A stretch of 42,019 nucleotides of DNA from a virus. The translations under genes and the position numbers were made by a program. Of this stretch, positions 1 to 8,790 are shown piece after piece. Position 1 is the stretch's first letter. Each line of letters opens with the position of its first letter. The stretch lies in UHGV virus genome UHGV-0388215; one strand, written 5' to 3'. Below the pieces are notes generated by a model. That model did no database searches. It had not been told where the DNA came from and worked only from the letters and a program-made list of their open reading frames with translations.

Positions 1-978
1 CTCCAGTTCCTCGCCGTATTTCACGCCTTCGGCAAAGGCGCGGGATTCGGCGGGGTCTTCCGCATCAAGCCCGCAGGCGTCCATAGCTTTCTTGGTTTCT
101 TCGTCCATCGCTTCCTTTTTCTCCGGCTTCTCGTCGCCTGTTGCAGGGGAATAGGCCAGATCGGAGAGGGAGTCCGTCAGTTTTTTGACGTCCTCGGGGT
201 CGAGTTTGGCGGACAGTTCACCGATGAGCTTACGGATTTCCTCCGCCTTGTCCTCGTCTTCGGTGATATCCACGATTTCGCCAGTCACGGGGTCGACCTT
301 GTGCAGGTCGATGATGGCCTGCGCAAGCTCCACTTCCTGCTTTTCGATGTCCGGGTTGTCGTCTTGCGCGCCCCGGAACCATTTCTTAAACTTGCCCATA
401 AGCGTTCCTTTTTTCGTTGAAGTTGGATGAGAATCCGCCACCACCACGTCCGGCCCGGCCCGCCCTTCTTCGACCAGCGCGACGTGGTTGCCTCGGATGT
501 TCCGCATGATGAAATCGTAGGGGGTGCCCTCGTAGCTGCCCGGCGTGAAATCCGGGTCGTAACGGTAGGCGCAGGAGAGTTCCCGGAAAGAACCGTCTTC
601 AATGGCGTCGATGGCGGCCCGATCCCACACGGTCAGCGGCGCATCTACATACGGCGGGTTCCAGACCGCGCCCGTGCCCACCGCGCCCACGCGGGTGAGC
701 TTCTGCGGCTCTTCCGCGCTGTCGATGTGGTGCTCGATGTGCAGCGGCAGCCCGGCCCATGTCTCAAGCGATGCTTGAAGTTCTTCCGGGTCCCGAAGCC
801 CGTAATAGACAGCCTCGGGGTCAAGCCCGGCTTCCTGCCAGCCCGGAATCTCCCGCCCGTAATAGGGGTTCACCGTCGCTTTCGTGATGTGCGACGCCCC
901 GACGTGCAGGAACCCGTTCTCGTCGGTTTCCCGCTGTGAGGGAGCCGCGTCGAAGGTGACGCCTTTACTTTGATACAT
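1..978 (-). CDS. prohead protease/scaffold protein (Mu gpI-like), N-terminal 326 codons; ORF runs off the window start
   Basis: My own minus-strand translation from ATG at 976-978 ([10 protein letters not shown]...HIEHH...) is open to position 1 in the frame whose antisense is track ORF 427..939; position follows portal and gpF as in Mu; internal ATG at 397-399 with AAGGAA 8 nt upstream; C-terminal part carries [12 protein letters not shown]...[12 protein letters not shown] repeat also present in ORF 41285..42019. Confidence 0.5.
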   Translation of the reverse strand, partial: MYQSKGVTFDAAPSQRETDENGFLHVGASHITKATVNPYYGREIPGWQEAGLDPEAVYYGLRDPEELQASLETWAGLPLHIEHHIDSAEEPQKLTRVGAVGTGAVWNPPYVDAPLTVWDRAAIDAIEDGSFRELSCAYRYDPDFTPGSYEGTPYDFIMRNIRGNHVALVEEGRAGPDVVVADSHPTSTKKGTLMGKFKKWFRGAQDDNPDIEKQEVELAQAIIDLHKVDPVTGEIVDITEDEDKAEEIRKLIGELSAKLDPEDVKKLTDSLSDLAYSPATGDEKPEKKEAMDEETKKAMDACGLDAEDPAESRAFAEGVKYGEELE

Positions 979-981
979 AGA

Positions 982-1785
982 CTAGTCTCCAAATTCAGGA
1001 ATAACGGCCCGGTACGTGCATTGGCACCCCGGAAGCTCACCGCAAAGCACTTTGCGCTTCACGTCAGAGTCGTAAAGACCTTCCGTGATGACGAACTTTT
1101 TCCCATTCATGAGCTGGTGGGTATGGCGGCTCGTTTTCTTTCCCGGCACATGTACCCAGATGCCTTCGGTGATGCCGAGTTCCTTGTCCTGCACCCGCTT
1201 AAGGGCCTCGGTCGCCTTATTGGACTGGTCGCGGGCAATGAATTCTGCCCGGCGCCGGGTGATCTCGTACCGCTTGTGCAGTTCGTCGGCGAGGAACTCC
1301 ACGTCCCGGCCCATGCTGGCGGAACGCTGTACTAGCCCCGTTACTTCCGTGAAATAGTGCTGCGGAATGGATTTGATGAGATTGACATTTTCCTCGAAGA
1401 GGGCCCGCGCCACGTCGCTCATGGCCCTGCTTCCCTCCATCCTCACCGTGAAGCCCGCATCTTTGAGGGCCTGCCTCATGCTGGCTTCCGTGCGCCGCCT
1501 CGTACTGCCCACGAACTCCCGTGCAAAACTCTCCGCGCTTTCCCTCCACCGCCTCGTCCAGTACCGGAACAGGCGCTTGAGGCGGTCTTGCAGGTCACTC
1601 GCCGGGGAATCCTGCGCTATGCGGGTTTCCTGCTTCCTGTACTCGGCGCGCAGCCACCAGATGACGGACCGCTGCATCTCGTCGAGGAGGGACACCAGCC
1701 GCTTCCGGTATTTCGCCCGGATACCCGCGTTGGGCTTAATGGAGCGGATGACCTTAGCCATAGACGGCCCCGGCCTTATCCACAT
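982..1785 (-). CDS. head morphogenesis protein (Mu gpF / SPP1 gp7 family)
   Basis: 267 aa; downstream of portal with 32-nt overlap; sequence character of Phage_Mu_F family (from memory, no search run). Confidence 0.7.
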   Translation of the reverse strand: MWIRPGPSMAKVIRSIKPNAGIRAKYRKRLVSLLDEMQRSVIWWLRAEYRKQETRIAQDSPASDLQDRLKRLFRYWTRRWRESAESFAREFVGSTRRRTEASMRQALKDAGFTVRMEGSRAMSDVARALFEENVNLIKSIPQHYFTEVTGLVQRSASMGRDVEFLADELHKRYEITRRRAEFIARDQSNKATEALKRVQDKELGITEGIWVHVPGKKTSRHTHQLMNGKKFVITEGLYDSDVKRKVLCGELPGCQCTYRAVIPEFGD

Positions 1786-3304
1786 CGTCGATGTCAGGCA
1801 TCAATCCCTCTTCCCCGGCTTCCGGCAGTGCGTCAGGCATTCCGTTGCCCTGCGGCACTTCCGCTGGGTCTATGTCGGAAAAACCGCTGTCCGGGTCACT
1901 GGCAAGGGACTGTCGGGCCTCTTCCTGAGAGATGACATCCCGATCCATGTAGACGGCGATGGTATCGGCCTTAGTCTTCTGGAGCGTCGCAAGGGCCGCC
2001 CTGTCCTCCCCTCCGAGGGGCGCGAAGTCGAACGTCACGGACGGATCGATGGTTCCGCGCAGGTGAAGCTGGATACAGTCGAGCGCCTTTTTGATGCCGT
2101 CGCGCAGGACTTTCTCCTGCTGGCTCGTGATATGGTCGTAATAGTTGCGGATGTCCGATTCGCCCGTGGCATTGAACCCGGACGGGCTGATGCCGAGCAG
2201 CTTGACCGCCGGAGTGCGGTTCAGGGCGGCGAGGATTTCGAGGGACTGGCGCACAATGTCGGTTACGCCGGAAAGCGGCGTTTCCAGCTTGACCACGTCT
2301 TCCGATTCTTTGTCGACGGCAAGCACGCCGTCATTGGTCATGGTCTGGATCATGTACCGGATGCGGGTATCGATCTGCGCGGTTCCCCCGGCTGAGTACA
2401 GGATGTCTTCCATCTTCGTCTTGAAGACGGTCAGCGAGAATTTGGTCAACAACCGGGCTTCCGCCGTGCGGCACTCCCGAAAGTGCATTACATAATCCCA
2501 AAGTGTCTGCGCCTGCGGGATGCCTAAAAAATTGTATGCGGGACGCAGCAGCACCGGGCATTCGTTCGCCACCAGCCGGATGAGCCGGGAAGCATGCACA
2601 CGCTGCCCAAGCACCCACCACCAGCGCGGACGGAAGTAGTCGGGTTCGAGCGGCGAAAGGCTGTTGTAGTCGCCGGGGAAAACGTTCACCGGGTCGATGA
2701 CGACGAAGCGCAGGAGTCCGCCGGGTTTCAGTTCCGCCGAGTACGGGCTGATGTTCAGTGGTCGCTCCAGCTCTTGCCCGATGGCCCCAGTGTCGATGAA
2801 GAGGAACGCGCCGCCCTCGTACCCCACAAGCTCCACGGCCTCATGAAAAAGACGCTGGAGCCCCAATTTCTTGCAAGCCTGTGCAAGGTCGGTAAGCAGG
2901 GCGTCATCGTTGCCCTCCCCTTCGCGCTTAAACTCAATCCATGCACGGGTCATGTCATCAGATACCGTCTGGATACAGGCCCGAACTAGACCATCCTGGG
3001 CAAGTTGCTGGAGAACACCGTACCCCATGAACTGGTTAGTGATCCCCACCCCAAGCTCAAGCGAGTGCTGGAGCAGGGAGTAGACGCCGGAATCCGCAAG
3101 CCGCGCGTCCATCGCAAGCTGCACCTCTTCGGGCGCGCCGAGCGTCTTCGCAGGACCGTACATCCGGCTGATGTCGTCGGGCGTAGGCGGCAAAGGTTGA
3201 GCAAGGCCGCCGCGCACGTCCGGGGAGAGATTCAGACGGCGCGACGGCTGCACGGCTTGCGGGGCTATGGAGGTAGCGTGGCGATAAGTGCGCTTCTTGC
3301 TCAT
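1754..3304 (-). CDS. portal protein (Mu gp29-like, DUF935)
   Basis: 516 aa; size and composition typical of DUF935 portals; lies between terminase large subunit and gpF-like gene. Confidence 0.75.
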   Translation of the reverse strand: MSKKRTYRHATSIAPQAVQPSRRLNLSPDVRGGLAQPLPPTPDDISRMYGPAKTLGAPEEVQLAMDARLADSGVYSLLQHSLELGVGITNQFMGYGVLQQLAQDGLVRACIQTVSDDMTRAWIEFKREGEGNDDALLTDLAQACKKLGLQRLFHEAVELVGYEGGAFLFIDTGAIGQELERPLNISPYSAELKPGGLLRFVVIDPVNVFPGDYNSLSPLEPDYFRPRWWWVLGQRVHASRLIRLVANECPVLLRPAYNFLGIPQAQTLWDYVMHFRECRTAEARLLTKFSLTVFKTKMEDILYSAGGTAQIDTRIRYMIQTMTNDGVLAVDKESEDVVKLETPLSGVTDIVRQSLEILAALNRTPAVKLLGISPSGFNATGESDIRNYYDHITSQQEKVLRDGIKKALDCIQLHLRGTIDPSVTFDFAPLGGEDRAALATLQKTKADTIAVYMDRDVISQEEARQSLASDPDSGFSDIDPAEVPQGNGMPDALPEAGEEGLMPDIDDVDKAGAVYG

Positions 3305-3347
3305 GTGCCCATAATGCTACGAGCCAAAAAGAAAACACACCGTGAAC

Positions 3348-3365
3348 AAGGTTCGGGGGGCTTGG
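3348..3365 (-). promoter_or_regulatory. late-operon motif CACCGTGAACAAGGTTCG (copy 1), upstream of portal gene
   Basis: One of four near-identical copies (3348, 7976, 35198, 36059), each 25-70 nt upstream of a minus-strand late gene; contains dyad GAAC-N3-GTTC. Confidence 0.6.
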
Positions 3366-3440
3366 CTGTGGGGCACCTTTCATATTGTATCAATATAGAT
3401 TAATCTATATATACATAGATACCTTTAGGGAGGTATCCGC

Positions 3441-4187
3441 ATGTACAAAAGCATCATGGTGTTTCTGCTGGCCGCGCTAGTTATGACGTCCGAGGCGCAA
3501 GCCGCGGGCAACGAATGGAACGATTCGTTCAGCAAGGCTAAAAAGACGCTGGAACGGCAGGTCTATTATGACCATCGGATCACGCTCTACTGCGGGGCGG
3601 CGTTCGACGAGAAGAAGAACGTCACTCTCCCGGAGGGTTTTACTGCCGCGAAGCACGAGAAGCGGGCCGGGAAGGTGGAATGGGAACACGTGGTCCCCGC
3701 CGAGAACTTCGGGCAGGCGTTCGCTGAGTGGCGCGAGGGCGACGCGCAGTGCGTGGACAACAGGGGAAAGGCGTTCAAAGGCCGCAAGTGCGCCGAGAAG
3801 GTCAGCCGGGAATACAGGCTCATGCAGGCTGACCTGTACAATCTGTATCCGGCCATCGGCGCGGTGAATGCCCTACGCCAGAACTACAACTTTCAGATGT
3901 TGCCGGGAGAAAAGCCGGACTTCGGGAGTTGTGAGATGAAGATTGCGGACAGAAAGGCCGAGCCGCCTATCAGATCAAGGGGACAAATTGCCCGGACCTA
4001 CAAGTATATGGCCGACGCCTACGCCCCGCGCTACCGCATGAGCCGCCAGCAGACGCAGCTCATGGACGCATGGGACAAGATGTATCCGGTTGATGCGTGG
4101 GAATGCACGCGGGCCAGACGTATTGAAAGACTACAAGGTAACGAGAACCCTTTTGTGAAGGAAAGATGTCAAGAAGCAGGACTCTAA
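3441..4187 (+). CDS. endA: secreted DNA endonuclease I (EndA/Dns family) with N-terminal signal peptide
   Basis: MYKSIMVFLLAALVMTSEAQA signal peptide; motifs EWEHVVPAENFG and DLYNLYPAIGAVNALRQNYNF match Endonuclease_1 family (E. coli EndA); opposite strand to flanking structural genes; AT-rich upstream region with palindrome ATAGATTAATCTAT. Confidence 0.8.
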   Translation: MYKSIMVFLLAALVMTSEAQAAGNEWNDSFSKAKKTLERQVYYDHRITLYCGAAFDEKKNVTLPEGFTAAKHEKRAGKVEWEHVVPAENFGQAFAEWREGDAQCVDNRGKAFKGRKCAEKVSREYRLMQADLYNLYPAIGAVNALRQNYNFQMLPGEKPDFGSCEMKIADRKAEPPIRSRGQIARTYKYMADAYAPRYRMSRQQTQLMDAWDKMYPVDAWECTRARRIERLQGNENPFVKERCQEAGL

Positions 4188-4201
4188 CTCTTTACATTCA
4201 T

Positions 4202-5662
4202 TTATATTCTCCTTCCCATACGTGGCTGATTGAGGATGGCGGGGTTGATGCACATGGGCCGCTTGGTATCGAAATCACGCAGCGCCTGCGTGGTGGCGTC
4301 CACTTGGTCGTCGTGGGGCGCTCCGGGGAACTGCGTCAGTTCCGCGACGTACTCCCGCGCCCACGGGCAATGCTCCGGGTGCGGAAGCAGGACGTTCCCG
4401 GCCTCGAAGAACGTGGTCACGGCATGGGCACGGGCGGTCTTGCTGCCGTCCGGCTCTACCGGAATAATACCGGGCACGGCATGTCTCAGCGCGTCGATGA
4501 CCGCCGGGCCGTTGGCCTTGTCCTCCACCAGCTTGCGGGCTGCGCCGGGCCATTTGGCGGCGAGCGCCCGGAACGCGGCGACCGTGTCCGTAAATCCCAT
4601 GCGCCGCCGGACCTGATCGAGGAGGTAGCGGTCGGCCCCCTTGCGGCCCCACACCTGCCCCACGACAAAGTCGGTATCGTCGCCGTCCTTGAACGTCATG
4701 TCCCACGAGATAAGGAGCTGGTCGAACTGCTCCGGCAGGTCTTTGGGGAGCCAGAACCGCAGCCACTCAGATTTGAAGATGGCGCCGCCGTCTGGGGTAG
4801 GCCGCTGCTGGTACAGGGCCTCCCAGTCGCGTGTGCCGAGGGCTTTCTTGATGGCAAGAAGCTGCTCCAACGAGTAGCGTTCCGGGTGCAGGGCTTCCCC
4901 GGCCTTGCGGTGGGGCTCGTCTTCCGTGGCGATGGCGGGGAAGTTCACCACGCGCCAGTGATCGCCCTCCCCCCGCGCCGCCGCTTCGAGCAGCCGCCCC
5001 GAGAGGTCGGCCATGTGCCAGCGGGTGTTGATGACGAGGATGCCCCCGCCGGGCGCGAGGCGCGTGTACAACGTGGACGTGTACCAGTCCCAGACGTTCT
5101 GGCGGTTGGTCGGGGAATCGGCGGACGCCCGATCTTTGAATGGGTCGTCGACGATGACGATATGCCCGCCCATGCCCGTGATGCCGCCGCCCACGCCAGC
5201 GGAACGGTAGCAGCCAGCGTGACCCACGATTTCGAAGATATCCGAGTTGCGGAGATAAGAACCGTTCCCGACGGTGCGGATATTCTTGCCGTAAAGGGCT
5301 GTTCCCGGGAAGAGTTCCCGGTATTCCGGACTGTCGATGACGCGCTGAACGTCGCGGTTCATGCGCGAGGACAGGTCGGCGGCGTAGCTCGTTGAAATGA
5401 CGGATAGATCGGGATAGCGGCCCAAGGCGTAGGCCGGGAAGCGGCGGGAGGCCAGCTCGCTTTTCCCGTGGCGGGGCGGCATGGTCAGCATGAGGCGCGG
5501 GGAACGCCCGGCTACGACGTCGGCAAGGAAGGCATCCAGCTCGGAACAGATTTCCTCGTGCACCCAGCCCATGCGGTAGCCGGGCATGGTGTAGCGCACA
5601 AAGGCCGCGAGACAGCTCCGGGCCAGCGCGCGGCGGATTTCCGCAAGCACTTCACCCGCCAT
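4202..5662 (-). CDS. terminase large subunit
   Basis: 486 aa; Walker A-like MPPRHGKS, Walker B-like VIVDDP, C-terminal nuclease acidic motif DDQVDA. Confidence 0.9.
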   Translation of the reverse strand: MAGEVLAEIRRALARSCLAAFVRYTMPGYRMGWVHEEICSELDAFLADVVAGRSPRLMLTMPPRHGKSELASRRFPAYALGRYPDLSVISTSYAADLSSRMNRDVQRVIDSPEYRELFPGTALYGKNIRTVGNGSYLRNSDIFEIVGHAGCYRSAGVGGGITGMGGHIVIVDDPFKDRASADSPTNRQNVWDWYTSTLYTRLAPGGGILVINTRWHMADLSGRLLEAAARGEGDHWRVVNFPAIATEDEPHRKAGEALHPERYSLEQLLAIKKALGTRDWEALYQQRPTPDGGAIFKSEWLRFWLPKDLPEQFDQLLISWDMTFKDGDDTDFVVGQVWGRKGADRYLLDQVRRRMGFTDTVAAFRALAAKWPGAARKLVEDKANGPAVIDALRHAVPGIIPVEPDGSKTARAHAVTTFFEAGNVLLPHPEHCPWAREYVAELTQFPGAPHDDQVDATTQALRDFDTKRPMCINPAILNQPRMGRRI

Positions 5663-6197
5663 CCCGCCCCGTCTCCCTGAACGCCTCCCGCGTCAGCCGG
5701 AGCAGCTCATCCGGGGAAAGACGAGAGAGATCGACCGGACGCGGAGACATGGAGCCGTCGGACGACGTATGATCCACTGCGGCCTTGTCCACGATGCCCC
5801 ACACCTTACGCTCACATTCCTGCCTGATCTTGATCGTCTCGGCGGTGATCTTGGCGAGCTTGGCCTTCTCGAAGCTGCCCAGGGACAACGCCTCATCAAT
5901 GAGGGCCTGATGCCGATCCCACTCCCGCTGGTGGCGGGTGATGACGGCGGCCTTGGCTTCGGCGGCGCGGTTCAGGGCTTCGGCCTTTTTTTGAGGGTTG
6001 CAGCCTGCAACCACGCCCGCAACCTTGGCCTCCGCCATGCGGTTCACGGTGCCGGAAATATCCTGCACCCAGCCTTCGGCCCGGATGCGCTTCTGGATGG
6101 CCGTCCGGCTCACACCGTACCGCTTGGACAGATCGGACTGGCTCGCCCCCACTTCGTACTCGGCCCGGATGGATTCCCAATCAAATCGTGCCGCCAT
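5652..6197 (-). CDS. terminase small subunit-like HTH protein
   Basis: 181 aa immediately upstream of and overlapping TerL start; N-terminal HTH (SQSDLSKRYGVSRTAIQKRI). Confidence 0.55.
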   Translation of the reverse strand: MAARFDWESIRAEYEVGASQSDLSKRYGVSRTAIQKRIRAEGWVQDISGTVNRMAEAKVAGVVAGCNPQKKAEALNRAAEAKAAVITRHQREWDRHQALIDEALSLGSFEKAKLAKITAETIKIRQECERKVWGIVDKAAVDHTSSDGSMSPRPVDLSRLSPDELLRLTREAFRETGRDGG

Positions 6198-6642
6198 CGT
6201 CGCACCCCCCGTTTGGCCTGCGTTCTTCCTGTTCTCTCAAAAACCTTTCATGCCCTCGTTTCTCCTCTTCCTCGGGCCTCGTGCTGTGCGCCAAATCATA
6301 CTCCCAAGGGGCCCTTTTCCGCTTCAATTGCGGACACCCGTGACCGGTCTGATAGGACACCGGTGGCCGGTCCACTCTTCCAGTACTCTTTCCAGAACCA
6401 GCAACCAAAACCGAGGAGCGTCCGGTTGCCACGGAGACGAACACCCCGGAGGATACGAGCGCGGCAACGGCCCTGCGCACGGTTCGCGCAGACACGCCAC
6501 ACTCCCGCGCGACGGTTTTCTGCCGCACGCGGATTTTTCCGGTCCGCTTGTCCATGTGTAGGGCGAGCACCATACCTACAAGCTTTTCCGTTGGAAGAAG
6601 TTCCGCCTGAAGAAGCTGACGCTGGAGCGCGTAGGTGTCCAT
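6181..6642 (-). CDS. HTH DNA-binding protein, function unknown
   Basis: 153 aa; HTH TVARECGVSARTVRRAVAAL; overlaps terS-like gene by 17 nt; same polarity as late operon. Confidence 0.4.
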   Translation of the reverse strand: MDTYALQRQLLQAELLPTEKLVGMVLALHMDKRTGKIRVRQKTVARECGVSARTVRRAVAALVSSGVFVSVATGRSSVLVAGSGKSTGRVDRPPVSYQTGHGCPQLKRKRAPWEYDLAHSTRPEEEEKRGHERFLREQEERRPNGGCDDGGTI

Positions 6643-6659
6643 TCATGCACAGGGCATTC

Positions 6660-6932
6660 TCAAAACATCCGGCCCACAATGGCACCGATGCAACCGCCAA
6701 CTCCCGAGAGGGCGGTTATGATGGCGATGGCCGTTGTCCTGCTGCCCTGCCGCTCCCCGCGTTCCCGCGCGCACGTCTCGGCCATAACCGAGATATGATC
6801 CTCAAGATCCCGAATGCGTTTTCCATGGTCGCGGAGTTGCGTGAGTATCGCGTCGTCAAGCCGCTGGTTGAGCGCTTCGAGCAATGCCTCAATGCGGGAA
6901 AGCCGGGATTCGTGGTCCAGTGTATGCTCCAT
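6660..6932 (-). CDS. coiled-coil protein with C-terminal transmembrane anchor (lysis accessory?)
   Basis: 90 aa; N-terminal heptad-rich region, C-terminal hydrophobic TTAIAIITALSGVGGCIGAIVG; last gene of lysis cluster; ATGA overlap with upstream lipoprotein gene. Confidence 0.4.
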   Translation of the reverse strand: MEHTLDHESRLSRIEALLEALNQRLDDAILTQLRDHGKRIRDLEDHISVMAETCARERGERQGSRTTAIAIITALSGVGGCIGAIVGRMF

Positions 6933-7255
6933 CAGCTTCCAGCCTCGACTCCCTTAATCCACAGGAGCAGGTTTCCGGCCTCGCCTGCGGGCAGGTGCAC
7001 CCACTCGCCGGGCTCGGTGAATGTCTCGCCCCGGTAGGTGTAGGACCACTCACCCGTCACGACGGCCCCCGGCGTCAAGGGGGGTGGGCTTGTCGCGGCG
7101 GTCGGTTCCGCCCATTGAGCGCACCCACTCGCCGCCAGTGTCATCACGAACAGCAGCACGATCAGCCTCGCGGCGTTCGCCGTACCGTTGACGCAGCCAC
7201 AGCTTGAGGAGCCCGGTGAGCGATGAAAGGAACTCAAGGACGGCCCGCACATCAC
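6932..7255 (-). CDS. Pro-rich putative lipoprotein (o-spanin-like)
   Basis: Hydrophobic segment LIVLLFVMTLAASGC with lipobox-like ASGC, followed by TSPPPLTPG proline-rich stretch; true start probably internal (GTG/ATG) to give a normal signal peptide. Confidence 0.4.
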   Translation of the reverse strand: MMCGPSLSSFHRSPGSSSCGCVNGTANAARLIVLLFVMTLAASGCAQWAEPTAATSPPPLTPGAVVTGEWSYTYRGETFTEPGEWVHLPAGEAGNLLLWIKGVEAGS

Positions 7256-7542
7256 TTCCCCGTCACGGCCTTGACTTCGGCCTTCACGGTTTCGGACTTG
7301 CCGTCAGCCACGGCACCCTTGTTCTGCCCGAAGTGCGCGGCAAGGGCATGGGCCCAGCGGTAGAAGACGGCATAAAGCCCGGTCGGTTCCTTCGGCACAG
7401 GCATCCATACGGTGGCCACGGCGCACAGGCCGCACACGGTCATGACCACGCTCAGGGCGGTGACGAGCCACGCCGCGTCGGGGTACTGCGCGGAAAGGCC
7501 CATCAAGGTCGAAAGGATGAAATCAATCACGGTCGCTTCCAT
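7252..7542 (-). CDS. holin-like 2-TM membrane protein
   Basis: 96 aa, two predicted TM helices, charged C-terminus; immediately downstream of endolysin with 1-nt overlap. Confidence 0.5.
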   Translation of the reverse strand: MEATVIDFILSTLMGLSAQYPDAAWLVTALSVVMTVCGLCAVATVWMPVPKEPTGLYAVFYRWAHALAAHFGQNKGAVADGKSETVKAEVKAVTGK

Positions 7543-7949
7543 CAGTATTTGCCTCCATGCTGGTAGAACGCCACGTCACGGGGCTTGTCCGGGTCGTTGT
7601 CCACATGGATCCACGTCGGAGCCAGCTCGACGCGCCGAAATCCGGCCTCAAGCAGGGCTTGCAGCATGACGAAACGGGAATGGGAATCCACACAGCGAAT
7701 GTCCACGGCGTAACCTCGCGTATGGGCGGACGTGGGCACGCCGCCGACCGCCTTGTTGTGCTTCGGGCAACGGTACGCGGAAGAAAGGGTAAATGAGATG
7801 CCCGCCAGATCACGGGCCTCATCGAGCATCTGGAGCAGGTCGGCGTCCATCTTCTCCATGCCCGCACCGCACCCGCACTTGCAGCGGAATTCGAGGGGAG
7901 AGAAGTGACGCAAGGGAAGAACAGCCATAAAAAATCCTCCTGCGTCCAC
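7542..7949 (-). CDS. endolysin, peptidase M15 (YcbK/DUF882-like L-Ala-D-Glu or D,D-peptidase)
   Basis: LRHFSPLEFRCKCGCG N-terminal motif, Zn ligands H...D...H (SAHTRGYAVDI, HVD); probable start at MAVLPL (about 7928). Confidence 0.75.
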   Translation of the reverse strand: MDAGGFFMAVLPLRHFSPLEFRCKCGCGAGMEKMDADLLQMLDEARDLAGISFTLSSAYRCPKHNKAVGGVPTSAHTRGYAVDIRCVDSHSRFVMLQALLEAGFRRVELAPTWIHVDNDPDKPRDVAFYQHGGKY

Positions 7950-7975
7950 TCTCGCACAAGAGAATAGGGGGAGGA

Positions 7976-7992
7976 CACCGTGAACAAAGTTC
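7976..7992 (-). promoter_or_regulatory. late-operon motif CACCGTGAACAAAGTTC (copy 2), upstream of lysis/terminase operon
   Basis: Lies between Mor-like gene stop (7992) and endolysin start. Confidence 0.6.
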
Positions 7993-8384
7993 TACAACAG
8001 CCGATATTGCTGCTGTGGTTCCGGGTTCCCGCAAAGCTGCTTTTTGAGCCGACGGACGTACCTGGTGGTCACGCCAAGGGCTTCGGCGATGGCGTCCGGC
8101 TTCTCCCCTGCTTCCAGACGGGACAGGATACGTCTTTTGAACGGTTCACCACGGCGCAGGTTGGGCACGACGATCTGCATCCCCCCAAATTCGGTGCAGA
8201 GGGCCGCCATACGCTGCCGACCAAGCAGCTCCAAAAGAAAACCTGTGGGCTTCCGGGGGATAAAGTATGAACGTCCACCGCACTGTGCGCAGAGGATGAC
8301 CGCCCCCACGTCACCGATGGCCTCTGACAGTTCGAACTGGCTCACCCACACGTCACTCATGAGCACCAACCTTGTGTTCCCCAA
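7992..8384 (-). CDS. mor: Mor-family late transcription activator (Mu Mor/C-like)
   Basis: 130 aa; C-terminal HTH DAIAEALGVTTRYVRRLKK typical of Mor/C family; directly upstream of the first late-motif copy; true start may be MSDVW (about 8360). Confidence 0.7.
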   Translation of the reverse strand: MGNTRLVLMSDVWVSQFELSEAIGDVGAVILCAQCGGRSYFIPRKPTGFLLELLGRQRMAALCTEFGGMQIVVPNLRRGEPFKRRILSRLEAGEKPDAIAEALGVTTRYVRRLKKQLCGNPEPQQQYRLL

Positions 8385-8408
8385 GCCATAGCCGCAGTGC
8401 GGTCACAG

Positions 8409-8639
8409 CTACATCGAGGGCTTCGTCGCGGATACGCTCCGGAGTTTCGTGCTCAACGGCGTGTACAAGCTCACGGTACTCCCCCCCCCGATAACACCAA
8501 GCGCGTGGTATTTGCCCTCAGCAAAAACAGGGTGCTTCACACGTGCTTCCGACAGCCGCTGCATGAGCGCCGCAAGAGCCTTTTCACCAAGTATCGTGAT
8601 GTCGATGTTATGCACTGATAGCCTCCCTGTGCGCGTCAA
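8409..8639 (-). CDS. hypothetical protein containing a G9 homopolymer (Gly-Gly-Gly)
   Basis: 76-aa ORF in operon polarity; C9 run at 8481-8489 on plus strand; opposite-strand ORF 8397..8618 judged shadow. Confidence 0.3.
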   Translation of the reverse strand: MTRTGRLSVHNIDITILGEKALAALMQRLSEARVKHPVFAEGKYHALGVIGGGSTVSLYTPLSTKLRSVSATKPSM

Positions 8640-8790
8640 GCTCGTCGGTATAAGCGCATACGCCGTACCCGAGATGAGTTGCCCTATCGCAATCGTGGAC
8701 GGGGTAGGCGTAGCGGATCATGAGCAGGCGGCTAATTCCGGTGTACTCCGTAATGCGCTTCCAGCCGAGCAGCAATTTCCGTTCATTCAT
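8608..8790 (-). CDS. AlpA-like phage transcriptional regulator (HTH_17)
   Basis: Start taken at internal MNERKLLLGWKRITEYTGISRLLMIRY (AlpA-like KLL...TGLSR..IYR pattern); ATGA overlap with rusA stop at 8787-8790. Confidence 0.45.
   Translation of the reverse strand: MNERKLLLGWKRITEYTGISRLLMIRYAYPVHDCDRATHLGYGVCAYTDELDAHREAISA

Noticed and set aside
427-939. Plus-strand ORFs 427..939, 1367..2395, 4166..5395, 5769..7037, 39579..40739 and similar
   Set aside because: All lie antisense to coherent minus-strand operon genes (protease, gpF/portal, TerL, terS/HTH, capsid) and share their codon boundaries; no RBS or functional motifs; judged shadow ORFs
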